Of a stretch of 64,000 nucleotides of DNA, positions 28,468 through 38,154 are shown in pieces. Position numbers and translations under genes: made by a program. The stretch is from NCBI RefSeq assembly GCF_056746865.1, contig NZ_CM163382.1; one strand, given 5' to 3'. Under the pieces are notes generated by a model. The model was not told where the DNA came from. It made no database searches and saw only the letters and a list, made by a program, of their open reading frames with translations. Each line of letters opens with the position of its first letter. Position 1 is the first letter of the stretch.

Positions 28468-29306
28468 GCGTCCTCCTGACAGAGCGGGAATAAATCATCC
28501 TCATACTGGAGCATCCCCATGATTTCCCGGACATAGTTATCGACATGCCCCAGAAAGTGAAAACGTTCCGGTGCGGCGCGATAGCGTTGATAAAGCGGCG
28601 TATCGAAGGTGATGCCAAGATGCGGGTTCCCTTTGACGGTGGCGAATTTGATGCGCGGAATATGCGGGTAGTAATGATTCTTGCGCACGCAGAGCTGCCC
28701 GTTCTCTTCCACGATGTAGCAGGCCATACCGTGATAAAACTGCACCGTGTCGTAGTGAACCGCGCAGGGTTTATAGGCCAGATTGCTGAACACCAGCGGC
28801 CCGTCGCCAATATTGATGGAGCAGTGGCCGTAATTCGGCGGCACGATAATGCTTTCCCCCTCCTTCACCACCGCCACGATAAGATCGTCCACCAGCAGAT
28901 CTTTTGGCGCGACTGCAAAATCCGGCGACTTTTGCAGGATATATGCCGCAGTCCCCTTAATCACTTCATATAATTCCGGATGGGTGTTGCGCCGCGTGTC
29001 GTTATAGCCGTGATAATGACCGCTGGTTTTCTTGCGCTCCCTACCAATCGTTCCCGACATGATGATGGTGATGTCGTACTGATACTGGTCGGCAGCAAGC
29101 CGTTCCTGATCCTCCGCAAAACTGAGCCCGCGATAAACATCGTAAGCCGGTTCATCACGCTGCGCTTCGGTGAACTCCGGTAAGACCACCGCCATCTGCC
29201 CGGCGCTTTTGCGGCCAAAGCCGAGATAGTTCAGCGGGGGTTTCAGCACCATCACGCCGTCGTCATCGAGATACAGCGGTAAGCCGCTGTGGTGTAGCTG
29301 TTTCAT
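28464..29306 (-). CDS. cupin-type sugar-phosphate isomerase-like protein (possible cupin glucose-6-phosphate isomerase family)
   Basis: 280 aa with TSGHYHG motif and conserved Glu/His further on, suggesting a metal-binding cupin; assignment tentative. Confidence 0.45.
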   Translation of the reverse strand: MKQLHHSGLPLYLDDDGVMVLKPPLNYLGFGRKSAGQMAVVLPEFTEAQRDEPAYDVYRGLSFAEDQERLAADQYQYDITIIMSGTIGRERKKTSGHYHGYNDTRRNTHPELYEVIKGTAAYILQKSPDFAVAPKDLLVDDLIVAVVKEGESIIVPPNYGHCSINIGDGPLVFSNLAYKPCAVHYDTVQFYHGMACYIVEENGQLCVRKNHYYPHIPRIKFATVKGNPHLGITFDTPLYQRYRAAPERFHFLGHVDNYVREIMGMLQYEDDLFPLCQEDA

Positions 29307-30829
29307 TTTGCCTCCTGTGTATACGCGTTAGCTGCGCGGATCGCCTCTTTCAGCCGATCGGATTTCATGCCAAAGACGCTTTGAATGTTGTTCCCGACCT
29401 CGACGACACCCGCCGCACCAAGCTGTTTCAGCAGCGCTTTGTCCACCAGCGACTTATCCGTCACGTCAATGCGCAGACGCGACATGCAGGCTTCGATGCG
29501 GGTCATATTCCCCAGCCCGCCATAGGCCAGAATGATGCCGCTCACCAGGTCGTTCTGTTCGTTTTCCTGCGCCACAGTGCTTTCTTCGACTTCACACCCC
29601 GGCGTCAGCAAATTCCAGCGGCGGATGGCAAAGGTAAACAGGGCGTAGTACACCGCTCCCATCACCAGCCCGACCGGGAACACCATGTACCAGTGAGGCG
29701 CGCGCGGCAGGACGCCAAAGAACAAATAGTCGATAAGCCCGCCGGAGAAAGAGAGCCCGATGTGCACGCTGAACCACTCCATCAGCAGGAACACCAGCCC
29801 CGCCAGGACGGCGTGAATGCCATATAGCACGGGCGCAACAAACAGGAAGGAGAACTCAATCGGCTCGGTGATGCCGCAGACGATGGAGGTGATCGCGCCA
29901 GAGAGCATAATGCCCTTCACCCGCGCTTTGTTTTCCGGGCTGGCGCAGCGGTAGATCGCCACCGCAATCGCCGGAATGCAGAACATCTTGATCGGCGTCA
30001 GCCCGGCCATAAAGGTTCCGGCGGTAATCGGCACCTGATCTTTCAACTGGGCAAAGAAGATAAGCTGGTCGCCATGCACCACCTGCCCGGCTTTGTTCAC
30101 GTACTCGCCAAACTGCAGCCAGAACGTCGGCCACCAGACATGGTTAAGACCAAACGGAATCAGCAGCCGCTCGACAAAACCGAACAGGAAGGCGGACACG
30201 CCCGGCCCCTGCACCGTCATAGTATTCGACAGGCCATTAATCAGATGCTGAACCGGCGGCCAGACCACCGTCATCACCAGCCCGACAAACAGCGCGGCGA
30301 AGGAGGTCACTATCGGCACAAATCGCTTGCCGGAGAAGAACTCCAGCCATGAAGGAAGCTGGATGCGGTAATAGCGTTTATACAGCCAGGCGGCGATAAT
30401 CCCGATAATGATGCCGCCAAACACGCCGGTCTGGAGCGAAGGGATGCCCAGCACCATCGTGTAGTCACGTACCTGCGCCACCGACTCGGGCGTGATCCCC
30501 AGAAACTGGCCGATGGTGACGTTCATAATCAGAAAACCGGCGATCGCCGACAACCCGGCAATCCCCTGATCGTCACTCAGTCCTACCGCCACGCCGACCG
30601 CAAACAGCAGCGGCAGGTTAGCGAAAATCGCACTGCCCGCTTCAGCCATCAGCTTCAGCACGTGAACCAGCCAGTCAGCGCCGAGAAACGGCAGGCTGGC
30701 GACAATATTGGGATCCTGAAAGCTGACGCCGAAGGCCAGCAAAATACCGGCGGCAGGCAGCATGGCAATGGGGATCATTAACGATCGCCCGATGCTTTGT
30801 AACATTTGCAGAAGGTTGAATCTTTTCAT
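29303..30829 (-). CDS. PTS EIICB component, glucose/N-acetylglucosamine family
   Basis: 508 aa; multi-pass EIIC domain followed by an EIIB domain with phosphorylatable Cys (GNMTRIEACMSRLRI). Confidence 0.85.
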   Translation of the reverse strand: MKRFNLLQMLQSIGRSLMIPIAMLPAAGILLAFGVSFQDPNIVASLPFLGADWLVHVLKLMAEAGSAIFANLPLLFAVGVAVGLSDDQGIAGLSAIAGFLIMNVTIGQFLGITPESVAQVRDYTMVLGIPSLQTGVFGGIIIGIIAAWLYKRYYRIQLPSWLEFFSGKRFVPIVTSFAALFVGLVMTVVWPPVQHLINGLSNTMTVQGPGVSAFLFGFVERLLIPFGLNHVWWPTFWLQFGEYVNKAGQVVHGDQLIFFAQLKDQVPITAGTFMAGLTPIKMFCIPAIAVAIYRCASPENKARVKGIMLSGAITSIVCGITEPIEFSFLFVAPVLYGIHAVLAGLVFLLMEWFSVHIGLSFSGGLIDYLFFGVLPRAPHWYMVFPVGLVMGAVYYALFTFAIRRWNLLTPGCEVEESTVAQENEQNDLVSGIILAYGGLGNMTRIEACMSRLRIDVTDKSLVDKALLKQLGAAGVVEVGNNIQSVFGMKSDRLKEAIRAANAYTQEAK

Positions 30830-31051
30830 CTCGATCTCCTGAGCGCGTCTTTATGACAGGGATTCGCACAACAGCAGGTTCTGCTCCGAACACCTTCAGT
30901 ATCCGAACCGGAGATGATTAAAAAAACAGCAACCGACAACGAAAGTTATTTCCGGTTTTCGCTTAAAACCGGAAAATTTATGAGGACAATCACGCCGGAA
31001 ACCGTGAGAAAGGGATAAAAGAGGAAATCGCGTTCGGTGGGAGGCCATCAT

Positions 31052-32731
31052 ATGAGTATCTTCGAGGCGCATTTTCGCAGGCTGCACGCCCGCTACGGCG
31101 CAGGTCAGACGCACGAATTACAGATGCAGGAGATCGCCGCCATCTTCGGCTGTTCAGTGCGTAATTGCCGGATTGCTTTGAAAAAGATGCATCAGGAAAA
31201 ATGGCTCGACTGGCAGCCCCAGCGCGGGCGTGGCAAGCGCTCACGGCTCCACCTGTTAACCTCGCCGGAAAAGCTGTTCAGCCAGAACGTCAATAAGCTA
31301 CTGGAGAAGCAGGATTACGGCAACGTGCTGCGGTTTATCGGCAACGACAAGTATCTGCTGGATCGCCTGAGCCTGTGGCGCTTTGGGGTACAGGATAAAA
31401 GCAGTGAAACGCGGGTGCGCATCCCCTACTATCGCAATCTGGATCCGCTTAACCCGCTCGTCCCCCTGCGGCGGACCGAACGACATCTCCTGCGACAGTG
31501 CCTCAGCGGGCTGACGCGCTATGACGCCGTTCAGGGCAGGATCATCCCCGATATCGCCCACTACTGGACCCACAACGACGACTTTACCCGCTGGGAGTTC
31601 TGGCTGAAATCCACCGCCCGCTTTGCCGATGGCAGCGAACTGAATGCCAGCGCCGTTCAGCGCTGCCTGCTCGCCGCCAGCCAGAGCCCGCAGTTCGCGC
31701 CGCTTTTCAGCCCAATCAAAACCATCACCGCTGACGCCCCCTGGCATCTGGTGATTGAAACGTACCATCCGGTCAGACGGCTCGACTGCCTGCTCGCCAC
31801 TCAGCCGACGATGCTGTTCGATTACCAGCACGGACACATCCGCTGTACCGGCGCTTTCCACCTGCAGGAACACAGTGACAACTTTATGGTTTTGCGGCGC
31901 AATCAACACTGGCACCAGGCGAGGCCCGGACTGGATGAGATCACCATTTTCACCTGGGCTCCGGAGCATATCAGCATGAGCTTTATTCCCCTGCTGCGGG
32001 GCGAAGAGGCGCAGGATGACCGCCCGCTCAACGAGCGTAGTCTGGAGCAGGGCTGCTGTTTTGTGCTGCTCGACGGTGAAGGTGCCTTTGCGGATGAGGC
32101 CGGAAGACGGTTTATCAATTACCTGCTGCAACCTGTCGAACTCCTCAGCCAGACGCAGCTTCCTGACGAATACGCACGCATCCTCTCCGTTGCTCAGGGC
32201 ATGCTGCCGCAGTGGAATCACCGCCCGGTGGATTTCGGCGGGATCACCGCGCCGTTTAACCTGCGTCAGCCGGTTATCATCAGCACCTTTCAGCAGCCGG
32301 AACTGGTGGAGCTTGCCGGAGCGATTCGCATCCTGCTTGAACGCTGGCATATTCGCGCCGAGATACGGATCGACGCATTTGACAGCTTCAACAGCCAGCC
32401 GCGCCCTCCTGCGGATATCTGGCTCAGCAACTTTATGCTCGATACCCTTTCGGTTCCGGCTTTTCTGGAATGGCTGGCTTCCACCACGCTGTTTACGCGA
32501 CTGCCTGAAACCCAGCGACAAAACCTGAACGCCCTGCTGCCGACCATTCTGAACAGCGATAATGAACAGGCGTTCGCAACCATTGCCGCCTTTTTCCATG
32601 AGATGACCCACCAGCGATATGTCATTCCTTTGCTACATCACTGGATGGAATTTGCGACCGAGAAGTCATTTACCTGGCGCGATTTAAATACGCTGGGATG
32701 GCCGGATTTTAGCCAACTTTGGCTCGAATAA
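31052..32731 (+). CDS. SgrR-family transcriptional regulator (N-terminal HTH plus solute-binding-protein family 5 domain)
   Basis: N-terminus MSIFEAHFRRLHARYGAGQTHELQMQEIAAIFGCSVRNCRIALKKMHQEKWLDWQPQRGRGKRSRLHLL parallels SgrR (...WLTWEAEVGRGKRSRLTFL); divergent from the PTS operon; GGGAGG Shine-Dalgarno before ATG 31052. Confidence 0.8.
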   Translation: MSIFEAHFRRLHARYGAGQTHELQMQEIAAIFGCSVRNCRIALKKMHQEKWLDWQPQRGRGKRSRLHLLTSPEKLFSQNVNKLLEKQDYGNVLRFIGNDKYLLDRLSLWRFGVQDKSSETRVRIPYYRNLDPLNPLVPLRRTERHLLRQCLSGLTRYDAVQGRIIPDIAHYWTHNDDFTRWEFWLKSTARFADGSELNASAVQRCLLAASQSPQFAPLFSPIKTITADAPWHLVIETYHPVRRLDCLLATQPTMLFDYQHGHIRCTGAFHLQEHSDNFMVLRRNQHWHQARPGLDEITIFTWAPEHISMSFIPLLRGEEAQDDRPLNERSLEQGCCFVLLDGEGAFADEAGRRFINYLLQPVELLSQTQLPDEYARILSVAQGMLPQWNHRPVDFGGITAPFNLRQPVIISTFQQPELVELAGAIRILLERWHIRAEIRIDAFDSFNSQPRPPADIWLSNFMLDTLSVPAFLEWLASTTLFTRLPETQRQNLNALLPTILNSDNEQAFATIAAFFHEMTHQRYVIPLLHHWMEFATEKSFTWRDLNTLGWPDFSQLWLE

Positions 32732-33082
32732 TGCTACGCCCGCAAAAGCTCGCTAAAGGGCCTTTAAAGGCCTTTAAGGGTAAGGGAGGGAAGTGCGGGA
32801 TTTGGGGCGGGGAACGGTAGACAAATTCAGTCCTCACGACGGAGACTGTTCAAATGTCTCTGTACTGACGCCCCAATATGGCTTTACCACCGTCTCCGAT
32901 TGTTGAACACGTCAATGTCATCGAAGATATCTGCACGATCCAGATCCTGGGTTTTGTAGGCCCGTTTTCTGATGCACTGCTTTTTCAGCGAACTGAAGCA
33001 AGGCCATAGAAGTAAAACAGTACCGCTGGCAACTGGGCATTTTCTCGCTTTAGCGGAGACCAACAGTATGCTTAGATTCAGT

Positions 33083-33622
33083 TTATGCCGTCAGCCGATA
33101 GTGCGACTGCACCAGACCCGAAGGGAAGCTGCGGCTGGATAATAGCGTCAAATCGATATCATGGGGTAATACTCCGAATAGCGGTTTTCCCGAACCGAGC
33201 AGAACAGGAACAGTTGTGATAACGATATCGGCAACCAGACCTTCGCGCAGGAACGACTGTATTAACTGCCCGCCATCGATATAAACCCGGTGCACGTTCT
33301 TCTCCATAAGGTCAGCAAGAGCCTCCCTTGGCGTGCGGCATGAAAACTGTACTTTACCCTTCAGCGCCTTGGGCACGGGGGTATCGGTTAGCTGCCGGGA
33401 AAGCACCAGCACGGGCCGATCATAAGGCCATTCGTCAAAAGTCAGCACCTTCTCATAGGTGCCTCGTCCCATAATGATCCAATCTTTGTCCGCGATGAAT
33501 GCGGCATAGCCATGATCTTCTGTCGGGTCATCGCGCTTTAACAGCCAGTCGATATCGCCATCCTGTCGGGCGATATAACCATCAAGACTGACCGCGATGA
33601 AAACATGTGTGGTGACCATCAA
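33083..33622 (-). CDS. dihydrofolate reductase-like / RibD C-terminal domain family protein
   Basis: 179 aa; MMVTTHVFIAVSLDGYIARQDGDIDWL...IIMGRGTYE...VLSRQ pattern of the RibD_C/DHFR-like family. Confidence 0.7.
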   Translation of the reverse strand: MMVTTHVFIAVSLDGYIARQDGDIDWLLKRDDPTEDHGYAAFIADKDWIIMGRGTYEKVLTFDEWPYDRPVLVLSRQLTDTPVPKALKGKVQFSCRTPREALADLMEKNVHRVYIDGGQLIQSFLREGLVADIVITTVPVLLGSGKPLFGVLPHDIDLTLLSSRSFPSGLVQSHYRLTA

Positions 33623-33678
33623 GTGCTCCGTTTTCAGGTTGCATATATCTCGTTGAGTTTAGCAATGTTCGCTCCAGG

Positions 33679-33738
33679 CACGAAGCGAGCAAGTTACCTA
33701 AGTTGAAGGTCCGCAGGGAGCGAGGAGCAGAAGTTCGA
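33679..33738 (+). repeat. about 60-bp imperfect direct repeat, copy 1 (upstream of paralogue B)
   Basis: cacgaagcgagcaagttacctaagttgaaggtccgcagggagcgaggagcagaagttcga; about 70 percent identical to copy 2, with perfect blocks cacgaagcga, gaaggtccg, gagcgagga, gaagttc. Confidence 0.55.
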
Positions 33739-33843
33739 AGCACATCATGAAGTAAGTTTTAAAATGGGAGATAACTTGCTTTTACATATTTTCCAATGCA
33801 ATATCATACCCTTTTAAAAATAAATCAGATATATGAGGTGAAA

Positions 33844-34866
33844 ATGTCTAGTCTTAATTTATTCGATGATGTCGTACCTTTAGAAAAACAGCATCCAATA
33901 TATATAATGATGAAAAAGGAACGCTATGAACCGGAGAGAGAAGTAATTAACCAATGGGCAAAAGGATTTCTAGACAGGGATAATAAGTTTACAAAAGAAT
34001 TTCAAACAAGTTTTGAACCTTGCCTATGGGAGTTATATCTTTTTGCTTATCTTAAAGAATTGGGTTTAAGGAACGACTTTTCATACGATGCACCTGACTT
34101 CATCGTCAATGAACCTGGGTTTTGCATTGAGGCAACCATAGCCCTTCCGGCACAAGGAGCCCCTGGAGCGCATGGTTTCAGTACGGAAGATATGCCAAGA
34201 GATTTTAATAAGTTTAATTCTGAGGCATCTATTCGACTTAGCAATAGTTTTATATCAAAGGTAAAAAAATTAAGATCGAGATATTCTCAACTTCCTCAAT
34301 GTAAAGAAAAACCTTTTGTTATCGCCATAGCTTCCTTCGACCGACCTTTTGCGCACTTTGCCGCAGCCAGACCCATACTTGCAACATTATATGGTTTATA
34401 TCATGATGAAGAAGCAACCATTGAATCAGGATCAAAGAGCATAATTTCTTATAACGTTGAGGCTGCGGTAAAAAAAGAAAATGTTAATATAGCCATGGGG
34501 TTATTTTGCACGCCTGATTATTCGGATGTAAGTGCTGTGATTTATAGTAGTTTAGCTACTTGGGGAAAAGTAAGAGCTTTGGCGGACAATCCTTCAGCTC
34601 TAACAATTTATACAACCTTTACCCCAAGAGAAAATTCATTATATCCTAAAGTTCATCAAGCCAAAAAAAATGATTATATAGAGCATCTGGCAGATGGATT
34701 GTATATTTTACATAACCCATTTGCCAAGTATCCGTTGCCTAAAGAGACGCTAAGCCACCCTAGAGTAGCACAAGGTTATGTTGAATCTGATGGATACGTC
34801 AATTTTGTAGCGCCAGAGGATTTTCTTTTATTGCGTTTTTTACAATCATTCAATCTTAAAGATTAG
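33844..34866 (+). CDS. hypothetical protein, same unassigned family as 10733..11905 (paralogue B); candidate defence or abortive-infection protein
   Basis: AT-rich; GAGGTG Shine-Dalgarno before ATG 33844 (ORF opens at 33796); shares the motif blocks listed for paralogue A; flanked by the about 60-bp direct repeats. Confidence 0.7.
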   Translation: MSSLNLFDDVVPLEKQHPIYIMMKKERYEPEREVINQWAKGFLDRDNKFTKEFQTSFEPCLWELYLFAYLKELGLRNDFSYDAPDFIVNEPGFCIEATIALPAQGAPGAHGFSTEDMPRDFNKFNSEASIRLSNSFISKVKKLRSRYSQLPQCKEKPFVIAIASFDRPFAHFAAARPILATLYGLYHDEEATIESGSKSIISYNVEAAVKKENVNIAMGLFCTPDYSDVSAVIYSSLATWGKVRALADNPSALTIYTTFTPRENSLYPKVHQAKKNDYIEHLADGLYILHNPFAKYPLPKETLSHPRVAQGYVESDGYVNFVAPEDFLLLRFLQSFNLKD

Positions 34867-35065
34867 TAAATATGGTCATATTTATTTACTTTACATAGAT
34901 AAAGTCTAAAGATGGCACTTCCTTTAAACTCAACTACCTATGATTTAGAGTGGTTGTCCGGCCTGCTTCCGTAACCGTTAGTTCGACTGACGAGATTCCT
35001 GTTTCCCTCTAAAAGACTTGGTTGATTAAAACAGGTCACCGAATAGCCATTTAGTCCACTTTGAC

Positions 35066-35125
35066 CACGAAGCGACCGAACTAACTGAGCAGAAGGTCCG
35101 TTATGAGCGAGGAACGGAAGTTCAC
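35066..35125 (+). repeat. about 60-bp imperfect direct repeat, copy 2 (downstream of paralogue B)
   Basis: cacgaagcgaccgaactaactgagcagaaggtccgttatgagcgaggaacggaagttcac; see copy 1. Confidence 0.55.
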
Positions 35126-35196
35126 AGTTGATCTCACACCCAAATAGTCGCATTACTAACATTGCTGCGTGTTAATCAACAGGCAGCAGGTCACTC

Positions 35197-36294
35197 TTAT
35201 TTTCTTGATAGGCTTTGTATAGTATGAATAAACCTTACAAAGTTATGAAGAAGCTCGTGATTTTCCTCTGATATACCATCTGGGTCAAAGTGCATCACGT
35301 CGTTACGAATTATTCTGACCTTGTCGAGCTCTTTAGTAAATATTTTCTTATCTATTTGAAGTTCGGTTTTTTTCCACAATTCTGGATTTTCAAAAAGTCG
35401 TATATATTCCCCAAAGGTTAAATCTGCGACCGACTCTATAACCCGTTCGCTGTCAAATGGATTAACGATGCTAACAAGCTCATCTTTCGTAAATTTTCCA
35501 TCTATCAGCTTACGAATATGATTTTCGATTTCAGATAGTAAAAGAAAAGGTTCTGACAACTGTCTGAACTGAGAACTAAGATCGGTAGTAGTTATAATCC
35601 CACTAATTCTTTGATCAGAAGATCGCACTAATACGTAAGCATACTCAATAATTCTAGGTAGTGCAGAAAAAATAGAGTCACTGGCGTTTATTTCCCTGTG
35701 TGGCTTCATATAATCACGCACAACCGCAGATTCTGATTGGGTCAACGCTAGTATTGGAGCAATGCTTTCCCAACTAATAACACCTTTAACATCTCGCTCG
35801 CTGGTCATAACGGGTAGTTGAGAGTAGTCATGCCGCAACATCAATGTGATGGCTTCTGTTAATGTAGCGTCAGGTTTCACGGTCACTAGTTTAACATCCG
35901 ATGCTTCGAGTCGACTAACACGGAAGGCTGGCTCGGAAACTGCACCGGAAATTAGTTCATCATGCGGCTGAAATACTGTTTCAGGTGTAGCCAATTCGGC
36001 GTTACTTGATTCGGTTTCTTCATGTAAACATTCACCTGCTTCATGGGGCGTTGCGTCATTCCCCGGAGGTGCATAGATAGTAATTTTTGCATCCAGCGGC
36101 ACACTATCAAAATCAGGTTCGGTTTTAACTCCTAAGCTTTCTAATGCTTTGCGAATTTTGTACGCAACCATGTAGCCTCGACGCTCTGCGCCAAACCAGC
36201 TTATGAATTCTCGCACTGATACTGGGTTTGAGGACATACCGTCTTTTAGTTCACGAAGGATTTCGTTAAGTCTTTCTCGATTTTCTACTGCCAT
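35197..36294 (-). CDS. CBS-domain pair protein with C-terminal HEPN-like (Rx4-6H) domain; predicted nucleotide-regulated RNase-type effector
   Basis: 365 aa; CBS-like segments (TLTEAITLMLRHDYSQLPVM...VKGVISWESI and ISGIITTTDLS) followed by a helical C-terminal region with RNDVMHFD; AT-rich. Confidence 0.6.
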   Translation of the reverse strand: MAVENRERLNEILRELKDGMSSNPVSVREFISWFGAERRGYMVAYKIRKALESLGVKTEPDFDSVPLDAKITIYAPPGNDATPHEAGECLHEETESSNAELATPETVFQPHDELISGAVSEPAFRVSRLEASDVKLVTVKPDATLTEAITLMLRHDYSQLPVMTSERDVKGVISWESIAPILALTQSESAVVRDYMKPHREINASDSIFSALPRIIEYAYVLVRSSDQRISGIITTTDLSSQFRQLSEPFLLLSEIENHIRKLIDGKFTKDELVSIVNPFDSERVIESVADLTFGEYIRLFENPELWKKTELQIDKKIFTKELDKVRIIRNDVMHFDPDGISEENHELLHNFVRFIHTIQSLSRK

Positions 36295-36940
36295 AAAATT
36301 TTCTCCATGTAGGTTGTCGGCTACTGTTAGGTTTCAATCTTGATTCAGGCTTCTCACGCTTTTTTTAAAATCTGGACAACGAGGCTGCACTGACTTTTTC
36401 AGCTCACCTCAGATTGCACCATCCCATACACATAGCTCAGATTCCTAATGTTCAGTATAAGGAGGCCAGAATACGAATTGCCCTTACCGCTAGTGCCAGC
36501 GCGTTGAGTTTAGTAGATGCCTTATTCATTTAGAATTTGATAAAAATACAAGACTCGGACAACAAGCTGCAATATTAATCGTTATTTTTCCACTCGAGGC
36601 CCACCGTCCGTTTCTGGCACAGGGCTGCTGTTGCAGCCCTGAAAACCTTAGACTTCAATCGATTCAAAGATCTCTAATGCATCATCTACTTCAATACCCA
36701 GATAACGGACTGTGCTTTCCAGTTTCTTATGGCCCAACAGAAGTTGGATCACCCGAAGATTCTTAGTTTTCTTGTAGATAAAGTAGGGTTTTGTTCTTCT
36801 CATGGAACGTGTGCTGTAAAGCGAATCTTCGAGACCAAGCTTTCCTGCCCACCCATGAAAGATTCGGTTGTATTGTAGGGTTGATATGAACCGCCCCGGA
36901 AATCCTGGAGACTAAACTCCCTGAGAAAGAGGTAAACAGG

Positions 36941-37267
36941 ATGACTAAAAATACTCGTTTTTCCCCCGAAGTCCGTCAGCGGGCGATTCGTATGGTTCTG
37001 GAAAGTCAGGATGAATATGACTCACAGTGGGCGGCAATTTGTTCCATTGCCCCAAAGATTGGCTGTACGCCGGAGACTCTGCGTGTCTGGGTTCGCCAGC
37101 ATGAGCGGGATACCGGGGGCGGTGATGGTGGGCTCACCAGCGCTGAACGTCAGCGTCTGAAAGAGCTGGAACGTGAAAATCGTGAACTGCGCCGCAGTAA
37201 CGATATCCTTCGCCAGGCTTCCGCTTATTTTGCGAAGGCGGAGTTCGACCGCCTCTGGAAAAAATGA
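36941..37267 (+). CDS. IS3-family transposase OrfA (HTH)
   Basis: 108 aa [57 protein letters not shown]...; ends in an A6 run that overlaps the OrfB start (candidate -1 frameshift site). Confidence 0.9.
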   Translation: MTKNTRFSPEVRQRAIRMVLESQDEYDSQWAAICSIAPKIGCTPETLRVWVRQHERDTGGGDGGLTSAERQRLKELERENRELRRSNDILRQASAYFAKAEFDRLWKK

Positions 37268-38154
37268 TGCCACTGCTGGATAAGCTGCGTGAGCAGTACG
37301 GGGTCGGACCGGTATGCAGCGAACTGCATATTGCCCCGTCAACGTATTACCATTGTCAGCAACAGCGACATCATCCGGATAAACGCAGTGCCCGTGCGCA
37401 GCACGACGACTGGCTGAAGAGAGAGATACAGCGCGTATACGATGAAAATCATCAGGTGTACGGTGTGCGTAAAGTCTGGCGTCAGTTGTTACGGGAAGGA
37501 ATCAGGGTGGCCAGATGTACAGTGGCACGTCTCATGGCGGTTATGGGACTTGCCGGTGTTCTCCGGGGTAAAAAGGTCCGTACGACCATCAGCCGGAAAG
37601 CCGTTGCCGCAGGCGACCGCGTAAACCGTCAGTTCGTGGCAGAACGACCTGACCAGCTGTGGGTGGCTGATTTTACTTACGTCAGCACATGGCAGGGCTT
37701 CGTCTATGTGGCGTTTATCATTGATGTGTTTGCCGGATACATCGTGGGGTGGCGGGTCTCATCGTCTATGGAAACGACATTCGTGCTGGATGCGCTGGAG
37801 CAGGCGTTGTGGGCCCGTCGTCCGTCTGGCACCATCCATCACAGCGATAAAGGCTCTCAGTATGTGTCACTGGCCTATACGGAGCGACTAAAAGAAGCCG
37901 GATTACTGGCATCAACAGGGAGTACAGGCGACTCGTATGACAACGCGATGGCTGAGAGCATCAATGGTCTTTACAAAGCGGAGGTAATACACCGTAAGAG
38001 CTGGAAAAACCGTGCAGAAGTGGAACTGGCCACACTAACGTGGGTGGACTGGTATAACAATCGACGATTGCTGGGAAGGCTGGGCCATACTCCTCCGGCA
38101 GAAGCAGAAAAAGCTTATTATGCTTCCATCGGAAACGATGATCTGGCAGCCTGA
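37264..38154 (+). CDS. IS3-family transposase OrfB (DDE integrase core)
   Basis: 296 aa with DDE-type catalytic core (...[30 protein letters not shown]...[10 protein letters not shown]...[15 protein letters not shown]). Confidence 0.9.
   Translation: MMPLLDKLREQYGVGPVCSELHIAPSTYYHCQQQRHHPDKRSARAQHDDWLKREIQRVYDENHQVYGVRKVWRQLLREGIRVARCTVARLMAVMGLAGVLRGKKVRTTISRKAVAAGDRVNRQFVAERPDQLWVADFTYVSTWQGFVYVAFIIDVFAGYIVGWRVSSSMETTFVLDALEQALWARRPSGTIHHSDKGSQYVSLAYTERLKEAGLLASTGSTGDSYDNAMAESINGLYKAEVIHRKSWKNRAEVELATLTWVDWYNNRRLLGRLGHTPPAEAEKAYYASIGNDDLAA

Noticed and set aside
31298-32611. 437-aa minus-strand ORF opposite the SgrR-like gene
   Set aside because: The plus-strand product has an unmistakable SgrR-type N-terminus and a Shine-Dalgarno sequence; the antisense frame is a GC-rich artefact.
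32741-32800. Tandem ggcctttaa motif (aaagggcctttaaaggcctttaaggg) after the SgrR-like gene
   Set aside because: Short palindromic duplication, most simply a terminator-like hairpin; too small to call a repeat element.
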